Assembly: GCA_031550435.1 (NCBI GenBank)
Contig: JAVBOO010000022.1
Span: 5,418-69,417 of the forward strand
Source: Eubacteriales bacterium
GTDB taxonomy: Bacteria; Bacillota; Clostridia; Lachnospirales; WRAX01
Reading direction: 5' to 3'
Length of the DNA stretch: 64,000 nt
Shown: in pieces, positions 53,366-62,962 of the stretch
How the letters are laid out: the number at the start of each line of letters is the position of its first letter
Numbering within the stretch: position 1 is the first letter of the stretch
Program-made: the position numbers and the translations under genes
The notes under the pieces: model-generated
The model's input: only the letters and a program-made list of their open reading frames with translations
Database searches by the model: none
What the model was told of the DNA's origin: nothing

Positions 53366-55435
53366 TCAGTTATTGTCCTTTTCGAAAAACTTATCCGCAA
53401 CTTCCGGCTCGCCGTGGTCATGATAAATATCGGCAGGGGCCTCTTCGCAGCAGCATGCTCGTTCGCATTCTTCGCCTTGTTCCGCTACATGTTCGGTATC
53501 TATGCCAAGCATTGAAGCTTCGCCGGCTTCATAAGCAAGCTGTTTTTCGTACTGCTTCTTGGAAAGGCTTATTCTCTTTGTCTCAAGGTTAAGCTCGGTA
53601 ACTTTGACAGTAACCGTATCGCCGATAGAAAGAACATCGCTCGGCTTTTGGATACGCTTGTCCGAAATCTGCGAGATGTGAAGCAGACCGTCAATTCCCT
53701 CTTCAAGGGCAACAAACGCGCCAAAATCCGTCATTCTTACAACTGTACCCTCAACAATGTTGCCGGGAGCGTATTTTTCCTCGGCAGTTGCCCAAGGATC
53801 GCCCAAAAGGTTCTTTATCGAAAGAGAAATCTTGCCCTTCTCTTTGTTGACGTCTATAACATAGGCTCTGATCTTATCGCCGACTTTAAGCACATCAGAA
53901 GGTCTTCTGATTCTGTTCCAAGAAATTTCCGAAACGTGAACAAGTCCGTCTACACCGCCAAGGTCAACAAACGCGCCGAAATCGGTAAGTCTGGAAACCG
54001 TTCCATCAATGCTCTGGCCGACCTCGATAGTCTCGAATGCCTTAGCCTTTTGCTCTTCGATAAGCTTTGTCGCAAGCTCTCTTCTTCCGGCGATAATCTT
54101 GCGCTTTCCCTTATCATACTCAAGTATGTTAAAGCCAAGCTCTTTTCCTTTAAAGGAATCGATATCTTCAACAAACCTGTTCGAAATTTGACTTGAGGGA
54201 ACAAACGCTCTGAGACCGTTTATTACCGCAATAGCGCCGCCTTTAACGGTTTCAATAATCTTGCCGTTTAGGACGGCTTTGGACTCTACCGCTTTTTCAA
54301 TTTCTTCGATATTGTTCAAATAATCGATTCTTTTTTTGGAGAGCAATACAGTACCGTCGACATCGTTAACATGTATGACAAATACACTGATTATATCGCC
54401 TGATTTTAATACAGCTGCCGGATCGGCATCCGGATCCTCAGAGAATTCGCCTTTCTGGATTATTCCGTCGGATTTGTAACCGAGATTAACGGAGACCTCG
54501 CCGTTGTTGATCTGAATAACAGTGCCTTTTACTACATCGCCTGTATGTAAAGAGACTATATTCTCACTTAACAACTCCTCAAAAGATTTGTCGTTCTTTT
54601 TCTCTAACTCGCTCATTAGTTGTAATGCCTCCTTTATTATGACGGGAGGGGTAGAGGCTCCCGCAGTTAAACCAATTTTACCGGAACTTGCAATAAACTT
54701 CAACTGTAAATCATTAATTGATTCGACAAAAAAAGTGTTTTCATTAAAATTTTTACATGTTTCGTACAATTTTATACTGTTCGAGCTTGTTTTGTCTCCC
54801 AAAATAATCATAGCATCTACGTTTTTGGCAATTTCCGAAGCCTCTTTTTGTCTGGCCGATGTTGCGCCGCATATCGTATTCTTAACATCAAGACGTTTAA
54901 GCCTTGAACTCAACACGTCAACTATTTTTGCATATTCTTCAACGGAAAACGTCGTCTGCGCCAAAAGAATGTATTCGCCGTCATCGCAAAACACAGCCTG
55001 TTCCGCCTGTTCCCTGCTTGAAAGCACAACGGCCGTATAGCCCGTAATGCCGTTGCACGCAATAACTTCGGGGTGGTCCTTTTGCCCGGCTATGATTATT
55101 TTTTTGCCGAGCCGGAAACTCTCACGTATCAGCTCATGTATTTTTTTCACATCCCTGCAAGTACAGTCAACGTAACTTATGCCCAGGCTGTCCAGCTCCG
55201 AATAAACCTCGGGCGGCACTCCGTGCGAGCGGATAATGACATTCCTGCCGTTTGCCTCTTTTAGGCTGTCTATGCAGGCTACACCCTTTGCCCCGAGTTC
55301 ATCCGTCACATGCCTGTTATGAATCAGAGGTCCAAAGGTACAGCAGTTGTTCGATTCAGAGCATTTATATGCCGTTTCAACAGCTTTTCGCACCCCGGCA
55401 CAAAAGCCGGCAGATTTCGCAACAATTATTTCCAT
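53366..55435 (-). CDS. ispH: Bifunctional 4-hydroxy-3-methylbut-2-enyl diphosphate reductase (IspH) / four-S1-domain RNA-binding protein
   Basis: N-terminus MEIIVAKSAGFCAGVRKAVE plus an IspH fold of about 280 aa, then four S1 repeats (GDVVKGTV..., GQSIDGTVSRLTDFGAFVDL..., GNIVEGTVVRMTDFGAFVAL...). Cys/His/acidic tail. Confidence 0.88.
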   Translation of the reverse strand: MEIIVAKSAGFCAGVRKAVETAYKCSESNNCCTFGPLIHNRHVTDELGAKGVACIDSLKEANGRNVIIRSHGVPPEVYSELDSLGISYVDCTCRDVKKIHELIRESFRLGKKIIIAGQKDHPEVIACNGITGYTAVVLSSREQAEQAVFCDDGEYILLAQTTFSVEEYAKIVDVLSSRLKRLDVKNTICGATSARQKEASEIAKNVDAMIILGDKTSSNSIKLYETCKNFNENTFFVESINDLQLKFIASSGKIGLTAGASTPPVIIKEALQLMSELEKKNDKSFEELLSENIVSLHTGDVVKGTVIQINNGEVSVNLGYKSDGIIQKGEFSEDPDADPAAVLKSGDIISVFVIHVNDVDGTVLLSKKRIDYLNNIEEIEKAVESKAVLNGKIIETVKGGAIAVINGLRAFVPSSQISNRFVEDIDSFKGKELGFNILEYDKGKRKIIAGRRELATKLIEEQKAKAFETIEVGQSIDGTVSRLTDFGAFVDLGGVDGLVHVSEISWNRIRRPSDVLKVGDKIRAYVIDVNKEKGKISLSIKNLLGDPWATAEEKYAPGNIVEGTVVRMTDFGAFVALEEGIDGLLHISQISDKRIQKPSDVLSIGDTVTVKVTELNLETKRISLSKKQYEKQLAYEAGEASMLGIDTEHVAEQGEECERACCCEEAPADIYHDHGEPEVADKFFEKDNN

Positions 55436-55437
55436 GC

Positions 55438-56073
55438 TTATTCCTTCTCCGCAACCGCCGTTGCAGGCTGCTTTTCTGCACTAACCGGGCCGCCCAGCAG
55501 TGCGATTTCGCGCATTATGTTTTCAGTAATTTCGCTCAAAAGGTCCGACTTGATTTTTACGTCTTTATACTCGCTTAAATCTATAGGCTTTCCGTAACGA
55601 AGCAATACTTTCGTAAACGGTTTATATGTAGCGTCAAAAAATGCCGGGACAACTAGGGCGTTACCTTTTAGCGCAAACATTGTCACTCCCGATTTGGCAC
55701 TCTTGACGTCTATATCCTTCATCCTTGAGCCCTGCGCGAATATGCCCAGCGCGTCGCCTTTATTCAGCACACCCATGGCCGCGCGGTACGCCTCCATGTC
55801 GTTTGCTTCTCTGTTAAGCGATATAACATTCATTTTTCGGAACACCCAGTTTTTAAGCTTGCTATCAAAAAGTTCTTTTTTTGCCAAATAATAGATAGGA
55901 CGCTTAATAGAGGCGATTACAATAACGGGGTCGATAAAATGAATATGATTGCCGCAAATAATAATAGGACCCGTGTCGGGGATATTATCTAAACCCTCTA
56001 TCCTGACTCTGTAGATAATGCGGTATAATATGCGTATGATTGCCCTTATAATATAGTAAAACATTTGAGTCAT
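55438..56073 (-). CDS. plsC: 1-acyl-sn-glycerol-3-phosphate acyltransferase
   Basis: NHIHFIDP (NHxxxxD) and FAQGSR blocks. Confidence 0.85.
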   Translation of the reverse strand: MTQMFYYIIRAIIRILYRIIYRVRIEGLDNIPDTGPIIICGNHIHFIDPVIVIASIKRPIYYLAKKELFDSKLKNWVFRKMNVISLNREANDMEAYRAAMGVLNKGDALGIFAQGSRMKDIDVKSAKSGVTMFALKGNALVVPAFFDATYKPFTKVLLRYGKPIDLSEYKDVKIKSDLLSEITENIMREIALLGGPVSAEKQPATAVAEKE

Positions 56074-56738
56074 GCTCCCCTTGATTCGGCTTTGTTATAA
56101 ATCAGCTCGACTACTTCGTCAAGCGTAAGCTCGTCCGTCAATATTACGAACGCGTCATCCGCCTTTATAAGCGGAGAATGTTCCCTGCCCATATCGTATT
56201 TGTCTCTCTCGATTGTCTCTTTTAACACATTTTCAAAACACAGGCTCGGGTCAAATGGCGCAAGCTGGTCGAAACGTCTCCCCGCCCTGACTTTTGGGTC
56301 GGCATCCAAATATATCTTGAGTTCGGCGTCCGGCAATACAAACGAGCCTATATCCCTGCCGTCCATCACGATATTTTCTTCTTTAGCCAGCTGTCTTTGA
56401 AGGGCAACGAGCTTTTCTCTGACTTCCGGATATGCGGCGACCTTTGAAGCGGCGTTAGAAACAGCCTGGCTGCGTATCATCTGCGTTACATCCGAGCCGT
56501 TTAAAAATATGCGCTGCTCACCGTCAACATGCCTGATTTTTATATCCGTTTCGCCAAGCCTTGATATTATTTTGCCGCGTTCGGCCAAATCGATACCCAA
56601 ACAAAGCATATTGTATCCGACAGCCCTATACATCGCACCCGTATCGATATAAATATACCCCAATCTTCGGGAAAGAGCTTTCGCGACCGAGCTTTTTCCC
56701 GAACCGACAGGGCCGTCTATAGCTATTTTGAATCCCAT
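56070..56738 (-). CDS. cmk: Cytidylate kinase
   Basis: IAIDGPVGSGKSSVAK, IDTGAMYR. Confidence 0.92.
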   Translation of the reverse strand: MGFKIAIDGPVGSGKSSVAKALSRRLGYIYIDTGAMYRAVGYNMLCLGIDLAERGKIISRLGETDIKIRHVDGEQRIFLNGSDVTQMIRSQAVSNAASKVAAYPEVREKLVALQRQLAKEENIVMDGRDIGSFVLPDAELKIYLDADPKVRAGRRFDQLAPFDPSLCFENVLKETIERDKYDMGREHSPLIKADDAFVILTDELTLDEVVELIYNKAESRGA

Positions 56739-57106
56739 CAGCTTTTCTCCTGTAAATCCGGGCGAAGGGTCACGGCGTTCTTCAAATAGACATGCCTAAC
56801 CTCGCCTTGTTTTTTGTCGGAATTAAACTGTATCATAGCTCTGATACATTTTTCAAGTGAGTTTTTGACCTCCATTTCGGCAAGACAAAGCAGCGAAGCC
56901 TCAGTTATGCCGATTTCCCTCGCGGCTGCCGCGGGATAGGCTTTGTCAAGATCTGCCGTGCATGTGAAAATACAGAGCGTTATGTCCCCGATAGCTATAT
57001 TGTTGGCGGAGAGCATTCTTTTGATAAGCTCAGCCGTATCCGCAAGAATGGCATCTTTTGTGTTTTCCGAAGTCGTCGCGCCTCTGACAGTTACCATAAA
57101 AGTCAC
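56738..57106 (-). CDS. aroH: Chorismate mutase, AroH class
   Basis: VRGATTSENTKDAIL...RHVYLKNAVTLRPDL parallels B. subtilis AroH (IRGATTVE...RHVYLEKVVVLRPDL). The start may be the internal ATG at 57097. Confidence 0.85.
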   Translation of the reverse strand: MTFMVTVRGATTSENTKDAILADTAELIKRMLSANNIAIGDITLCIFTCTADLDKAYPAAAAREIGITEASLLCLAEMEVKNSLEKCIRAMIQFNSDKKQGEVRHVYLKNAVTLRPDLQEKS

Positions 57107-57108
57107 CG

Positions 57109-58329
57109 CTACGCATGTTTTCCCGCCGCTATGCCTGTCGAAAACGCAATTTGCAGATTAAACCCGCCCGTATACGCGTCAACATCCAACACCTCACCGC
57201 AGAAAAACAGCCCTTTAACAAGTTTTGATTCCATAGTTTTTGGATTTATTTCCTTTACATCTACACCGCCGACAGTTATAACAGCTTCGTTAAAACCTCT
57301 CGCGCCTGCTATCGTAACGGTCAGTGATTTCAAAAGCGCTCCGAGGCACCTTCTCTCTTCTCTCGTGATTTCACAGCATTTTTTGTTTTCGTTTATGCCG
57401 CTGAGCTTCACTATAACCGGTATCAGTTTTTGCGGAAGCAGCTCAGAGAGGCTGTTTTTATAAGCCTTGAGCGAAAACTGCTCGAAATCCCTGATAAGAC
57501 GTCTGTCAAGCTGTTCCTCGTCTAAAGCGGGCTTTAGGTCTATCTCCAGTTTGCAGCCCGAATCATATTTCCCGAGGACATATCTGCTCGCCGACAGTAT
57601 AACAGGACCTGACAAACCGTAGTGAGTAAAAAGCATTTCACCGAAATCTCTGTATAAGACTGAGTTTCCGTCTTTTAGAGTTACCGAAACATTTTTCAGG
57701 CTCAATCCTTGCAGCTCGGGTATCCAGTCTTCTCTCGCCGTAAGCGGAACAAGAGAAGGGTACAGCTTTGTTACGTTGTGGCTAAAAGCTTTTGCGAACC
57801 TGTAGCCGTCCCCGGTTGAGCCCGTTCCCGGATAGGAAAGCCCGCCGGTCGCGACTATCACCGAATCCGCCGCGGTAAATCCGTCCTTTGTAACAACGCC
57901 TTTAACACAGCCGCCTTCAGCTGCAATTTCGATTACAGCAGCGTTTAAAACCGTTTTGACCCCGTTTTTTTTCATGTATCTTACAAGGGCATCGGCAATA
58001 TCCCTTGCATTGTCCGAAACGGGAAACACGCGGTTCCCGCGTTCAACCTTTGTTTCGACCCCGAGACCGGCAAAAAAATCAACCACTGCGAAGCTGTCAA
58101 ACTGACTTATAGAGCTGTACATAAATCTCGGGTTCCCGCAAATGTTTTGCACAAGCTCGGTCACATCGCAAGCGTTTGTTACGTTGCAGCGTCCTTTTCC
58201 GGTTATGAGCAGTTTTTTGCCCGTCCTGTCGTTTTTTTCGAACAGTATGACATTATTGCCAAGTTCAGCGCTTTTACCCGCCGCTATCATCCCTGCGGCT
58301 CCGCCGCCTATAACCGCTATGGTTTTCAT
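57109..58329 (-). CDS. NAD(P)/FAD-dependent oxidoreductase (HI0933/BaiN-like flavoprotein)
   Basis: IAVIGGGAAGMIAA dinucleotide-binding motif, 406 aa, C-terminal GGFNLQ block. Confidence 0.8.
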   Translation of the reverse strand: MKTIAVIGGGAAGMIAAGKSAELGNNVILFEKNDRTGKKLLITGKGRCNVTNACDVTELVQNICGNPRFMYSSISQFDSFAVVDFFAGLGVETKVERGNRVFPVSDNARDIADALVRYMKKNGVKTVLNAAVIEIAAEGGCVKGVVTKDGFTAADSVIVATGGLSYPGTGSTGDGYRFAKAFSHNVTKLYPSLVPLTAREDWIPELQGLSLKNVSVTLKDGNSVLYRDFGEMLFTHYGLSGPVILSASRYVLGKYDSGCKLEIDLKPALDEEQLDRRLIRDFEQFSLKAYKNSLSELLPQKLIPVIVKLSGINENKKCCEITREERRCLGALLKSLTVTIAGARGFNEAVITVGGVDVKEINPKTMESKLVKGLFFCGEVLDVDAYTGGFNLQIAFSTGIAAGKHA

Positions 58330-59498
58330 GCATCTATCACTTCGATCTCGGCTTCTTTAACAGCCTTTTCGAGCAGTTCGTCAAGCTCATCAAACATGTT
58401 GCGTTCTATGCTTTCGATTATGGTCTTTTTTGGTTTTGTCTCCGGATGATCGGCGACAAATATCGTACAACAATCCTCATAGGGCAAAATAGAGATTTCG
58501 GCTGTTCCGATTTCTTCGGCCATGTCCATGATCTCCTGCTTATCCATGCCCGAAAGCGGACGATACACAGGATAAAACGTTGCACCGTCTATGGCGAATA
58601 TGCTCTCCATTGTCTGGCTCGCAACCTGACCGATACTGTCTCCCGTCACAAGGCCAAGGGACTTGGACAAAACCGCTATTTTTTCCGCGGCTTTTAGCAT
58701 TGCTCTTTTCAGCAAAATTGTCAGTTTCTCGGGCGGAACCTTGTCACGCATGAAAACCTGAGCATCGGTAAACGGCACAGTATAAAGCTTTATCGAGCCT
58801 GTGTAGTGAGCCAATCTTTCCGCAAGAGCCCGCACCTTTTCTTTCGCCCTGTTTGAGGTATAGGGCGGACTGTGAAAATAAACAGCCTCAATCTCCGCAC
58901 CCCTTTTTGCGGTCAAAAAGCCCGCGACCGGGCTGTCAAATCCTCCGGACAAAAGAAGCGTTGCTTTACCGGAAGAGCCGTATGGCAAGCCGCCCTGACC
59001 CTTTATAAGCTCGGAATATATGTATACGTCGTTTCTGATCTCTATTCTCAACGTAACTTCCGGATTATGAACATCGACTGAAAGCCCCGCCATGTTTTCG
59101 AGTATATATCCTCCGACTTCCGATGACACCTCGTTAGACAAAAGCGGATAACGCTTGTTTGCCCTTCTTGTCTCAACTTTAAAGCTCTTTGCTCCCGAAA
59201 CAGACTTCATGCTGTCAAGAGCAACTGCCTTAATAGTGTCTATATCCGATTCGCTCATCATAACACACGGGCTGACACCTATAATGCCGAATATATCAAC
59301 TACACGCGGTATGACATACTCAAAATCAAAATCCGTGTCGGAATCTATAATAAATCTGCCTTGCTCTTTGATAACGTAATATTGTTTTTTGTCACGGAGG
59401 TTCTGCCTTATCCTCGCGATAAGCATGTTTTCGAACAGCCGCCTGTTTCCGCCTCTTAGAGCGATTTCTCCGTATCTGACCATTAAAACGCGCTTCAT
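58326..59498 (-). CDS. thiI: tRNA 4-thiouridine synthase
   Basis: THUMP-like N-terminus and the PP-loop LLSGGFDSPVA. Confidence 0.9.
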   Translation of the reverse strand: MKRVLMVRYGEIALRGGNRRLFENMLIARIRQNLRDKKQYYVIKEQGRFIIDSDTDFDFEYVIPRVVDIFGIIGVSPCVMMSESDIDTIKAVALDSMKSVSGAKSFKVETRRANKRYPLLSNEVSSEVGGYILENMAGLSVDVHNPEVTLRIEIRNDVYIYSELIKGQGGLPYGSSGKATLLLSGGFDSPVAGFLTAKRGAEIEAVYFHSPPYTSNRAKEKVRALAERLAHYTGSIKLYTVPFTDAQVFMRDKVPPEKLTILLKRAMLKAAEKIAVLSKSLGLVTGDSIGQVASQTMESIFAIDGATFYPVYRPLSGMDKQEIMDMAEEIGTAEISILPYEDCCTIFVADHPETKPKKTIIESIERNMFDELDELLEKAVKEAEIEVIDA

Positions 59499-59501
59499 GT
59501 T

Positions 59502-60647
59502 CTACCTCTTTTTCTTTATGCCGGCAAGCCTGGGAAATACCTCTAATACGGTTTCGGCAAATATTTCGGCTTCTTTTTTTGTGCTGTAGTGCGAAAAGCT
59601 CAGTCTTATTGCCGAGGAAATGCGCTCAGGCGAAAGCCCGCATGCCGTTAGTACGGCACTTGCCTTTGTTTTCGACGAACATGCCGACCCGGCCGACACA
59701 TATATGCCCGCTTCCTCTAGCGTATGAAGCATAACCTCCGACATAACGCCTGTAAAGCTCAGATTCAATATGTACGGGGACGCTTGCTCGTGTGTATTTA
59801 TATAAATTCCCGAAACCGAGCCGAGTTTTTCCCTCAGGTAGCGATTTATTTCGGAAACGTTTTTTAAGTCGGATTCGCGATTTTTCCTGCCTAGCTTAAC
59901 GGCTTCTTCAAAAGCTGCAACGCCATAAGTGTTTTCCGTTCCGGAACGTATATTTTTCTGCTGTTTTCCGCCGTAAATCATGGGCTGAACATTGATGCCC
60001 TTTTTTATCACAAGAGCGCCGACACCCTTAACACCGTGCAGCTTGTGCGCGCTTATGCTGTATAAATCGGCTCCGATCACGGTGAAATCCGTATCGAATT
60101 TGCCGAAGCCCTGTACGGCGTCAACATGAAACACTGTTTTTCCGTTCTTTGCCTTAACGAGCCTCGATGCCTTTGCCAAATCGTTCATTGCGCCGGTTTC
60201 GCTGTTTACAAAGCCCATGCTGACAAGAACGGTATCACTGTTTACGGCTTTTTCAAGTTCGTCCAAATCGGCACTTCCGTATTTGTCGGAATTGATATAA
60301 ACAACGTCGTAGCCGTCGGCTTCAAGCTTTTTGTAGCATTCCGTCACGGAAGGGTGCTCGACTTTTGTGCATATAACGCGTTTATTCCTGTAGGGGCGGA
60401 CATAGCCGAGTATCGCGATGTTATTGCTTTCGGTCGCGCCCGATGTGAATATTATCTCCGACCCGGCAGCATTTAACTCAGATAATATTGTTTTCTTGCA
60501 CGATTGGAGAATTTTTTCGGCATTCAGGCCTAAATCATGCATAGACGACGGATTTCCGTAGTTTTCCCGGCATACCGAAATAAACCGCGCGAGTACTTCC
60601 TCGTGCGGTTTAGAGGTTGCTGCATTGTCAAAGTAAATTTCAGTCAT
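59502..60647 (-). CDS. Cysteine desulfurase (NifS/IscS class)
   Basis: SAHKLHGVKG (PLP Lys) and SAGSACSS (active-site Cys). Adjacent to thiI. Confidence 0.88.
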   Translation of the reverse strand: MTEIYFDNAATSKPHEEVLARFISVCRENYGNPSSMHDLGLNAEKILQSCKKTILSELNAAGSEIIFTSGATESNNIAILGYVRPYRNKRVICTKVEHPSVTECYKKLEADGYDVVYINSDKYGSADLDELEKAVNSDTVLVSMGFVNSETGAMNDLAKASRLVKAKNGKTVFHVDAVQGFGKFDTDFTVIGADLYSISAHKLHGVKGVGALVIKKGINVQPMIYGGKQQKNIRSGTENTYGVAAFEEAVKLGRKNRESDLKNVSEINRYLREKLGSVSGIYINTHEQASPYILNLSFTGVMSEVMLHTLEEAGIYVSAGSACSSKTKASAVLTACGLSPERISSAIRLSFSHYSTKKEAEIFAETVLEVFPRLAGIKKKR

Positions 60648-60753
60648 ATTTCACCCTGGAACCGGCAACGGCAAAACAGGATCTTTCGGAACACAGGCGG
60701 ATAGCTCTGACTTTTAATCTCCGAAACACCAGGTTTGCACACTGCCGTCTAAT

Positions 60754-61158
60754 TTATACTTTAAGCTGTTTTTTCAGCTCCCTGATGACCGGCAAGACCT
60801 TATGTTTTACGTAAGGTTTCGATATGAATTGGTCTACACCGATTTCGCTTGCCGGGATTATCAAATCCGTCGTTTTCGAATCAGAGCACAGGACAATTTT
60901 AATATCCGGAGCAAGCTTCTTTATTTCTTTAACTACGTCAACAAGCTTCATACCGCCGCTTATATCGGCTTCAAGCATTATAACGTCCGGTTTTTTCTCC
61001 TCGAGAAATATAATACTCGCAAGTCCTGTTCCTACCTCGCCGACTATATTGACATCCGGGTCCCCCTTCAGTATCCTAATCAGCATACCTCTCGCGACTT
61101 CGGAATCGTCAACGACAAAAACATTAATCAAGTTCCCGCCTCCCTTTTTATCTGTCAA
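60754..61158 (-). CDS. Stand-alone response-regulator receiver domain protein
   Basis: 134 aa. VVDDS acidic pocket, MLEAD putative phospho-Asp, SKPY conserved Lys. No output domain. Confidence 0.75.
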   Translation of the reverse strand: MTDKKGGGNLINVFVVDDSEVARGMLIRILKGDPDVNIVGEVGTGLASIIFLEEKKPDVIMLEADISGGMKLVDVVKEIKKLAPDIKIVLCSDSKTTDLIIPASEIGVDQFISKPYVKHKVLPVIRELKKQLKV

Positions 61159-61206
61159 CCAAACATTTTATTTATCCGGCTTAACTCTGTTCTCTCTGAC
61201 GGTACC

Positions 61207-61929
61207 TTAAAATAACTCGTAGTTAATACATGACATAACATAAAGCCCCGCTGTCTCAGTTCTCAATATTCTTCCGCCGAGCGATACACAGGCGATATTT
61301 TCATCTCTGAATATCTGCGCCTCTTTTTCGGAAAATCCGCCCTCAGCCCCGATAAAAACCGCGGCACTCTTGCCTTTAAAAGCTTTCAGGTATGATTTCA
61401 GCATCAGTTCCTTCTCGCCTTCATAGGCAGCAATACGATTATCGTAAGATCTGCACAGCTCTATGGCTTTTGCGAACGTGCAAAACGGGTGAACCTTCGG
61501 TATTACAGAGCGTCCCGACTGCTGGGCCGCAGATTCGCTTATCTTGTTAAAACGTTCGATCTTTGAGCCGCTGTCCGGCCTCGAAATCGAAAAATCCGAT
61601 ATAACCGGAACAATTTCGCTCACACCCAGTTCTACGCACTTTTGTATAATAAGATCCATTTTGTCCGCTTTGGGCATACACTGGAACAGAACAGTCGTTA
61701 TGCCCGGTTCGGCCGGGCTGCTCATACTGTCATAAATTCTGATGTATACGCATTTTTTGTCCGCTTTTTCGATGCGGCAAAGAAAGTCGGTTCCTCTGCC
61801 GTCGCAGACCGTTATTTCCTCGCCGGCGGTCAGCCTGAGCGCTGTATTGATATGGTGAGAGTTATCGCTGTTCAGAGGAAAACTTCCTCTTTCGTTCTCA
61901 TTTATTCCGGGTTCGAAAAATCTATGCAT
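61207..61929 (-). CDS. rsmE: 16S rRNA (uracil1498-N3)-methyltransferase
   Basis: MHRFF start, a PUA-like N-terminus, and the SPOUT C-terminus GAEGGFSEKE. Confidence 0.88.
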   Translation of the reverse strand: MHRFFEPGINENERGSFPLNSDNSHHINTALRLTAGEEITVCDGRGTDFLCRIEKADKKCVYIRIYDSMSSPAEPGITTVLFQCMPKADKMDLIIQKCVELGVSEIVPVISDFSISRPDSGSKIERFNKISESAAQQSGRSVIPKVHPFCTFAKAIELCRSYDNRIAAYEGEKELMLKSYLKAFKGKSAAVFIGAEGGFSEKEAQIFRDENIACVSLGGRILRTETAGLYVMSCINYELF

Positions 61930-61985
61930 ATCACACTTCCGTTAAACAAAGTAATCGCCGAATGAATCCATACTCGGCGGATTTT

Positions 61986-62954
61986 TCAGCCTCTTTTATT
62001 AAACACCATGCAGTACCAGCCGTCAACATTGTCCTGCCCTGCCAAATCGAAATACTCCGAAACAGTCGCCCTAACGTCTTCCGCCCTTGAATCTATAATG
62101 CCCGAAACTATAAAAATACCGTTGTCCGAAAGCATTGAGGGCACATACCCGGCAAGCTCGTTTATAACATCGGCGACTATATTTGCCGCAACGATGTCAA
62201 AGCCTCTGTTTGTAAGCCGCGAACGCATTTTTTCGTCCGTAAGTATGTTTCCTGTTTCAACTGTATAAACATTCTTGTCTACTCCGTTAAGACCCGCGTT
62301 TTCGTAAGCAATCTCCGCAGCCGAAGATTCAATGTCGCAGGCATATGCGCTTTTTGCACCGAGCATGAGCGAAAGCACGGAGAGTATCCCGCTCCCGCAG
62401 CCGATATCGGCCATGCGCATCCCGGGCTTAACGATTTTCTCGAGAGCAGCCATGCACATTTGAGTTGTTCTGTGCAGACCCGTTCCGAAAAGATGGCCAG
62501 GGTTTATCGTGAACACCGTTTCGCCGTTTGCGCTGTAATCCTCCCAATACGGGCGTATTACTATGTTTTTTCCGACTTTAAACGGCTTGTAGTACTTCTT
62601 CCAATTGTTGAGCCAATCCGTATCGTCAACATTTTTAAGCTCAAGTCTGAGACTGCCGGGATCTATGCCGAAACCAAGCTCAGTTATGCGCTTCAAACCG
62701 TCTTTCACGGCGGCAATAGTCTCTCTGCCGTAGCTGTCGGCCGTCACGTAAAAACGGACAAAAACTTCTTCCCTCGGCGGCGAAAGGAGCGTATCGTCAA
62801 CATAGTCCCAATTATCGGACGTTTCCGATAGAAAACGCCTGTCCTCGGCTTCATCCTCTATTTGAAAACCGTTAACGCCGCAGTCTATAAGCACCGCGGA
62901 CACAAATTCCACGGCTTCGGTTCTTGTCTCTATCGTTGCTTCAACCCATTCCAT
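61986..62954 (-). CDS. prmA: Ribosomal protein L11 methyltransferase
   Basis: MEWVEATI start, GTGLHRTT, DIGCGSGILS. Confidence 0.9.
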   Translation of the reverse strand: MEWVEATIETRTEAVEFVSAVLIDCGVNGFQIEDEAEDRRFLSETSDNWDYVDDTLLSPPREEVFVRFYVTADSYGRETIAAVKDGLKRITELGFGIDPGSLRLELKNVDDTDWLNNWKKYYKPFKVGKNIVIRPYWEDYSANGETVFTINPGHLFGTGLHRTTQMCMAALEKIVKPGMRMADIGCGSGILSVLSLMLGAKSAYACDIESSAAEIAYENAGLNGVDKNVYTVETGNILTDEKMRSRLTNRGFDIVAANIVADVINELAGYVPSMLSDNGIFIVSGIIDSRAEDVRATVSEYFDLAGQDNVDGWYCMVFNKRG

Positions 62955-62962
62955 TGTTTTAC

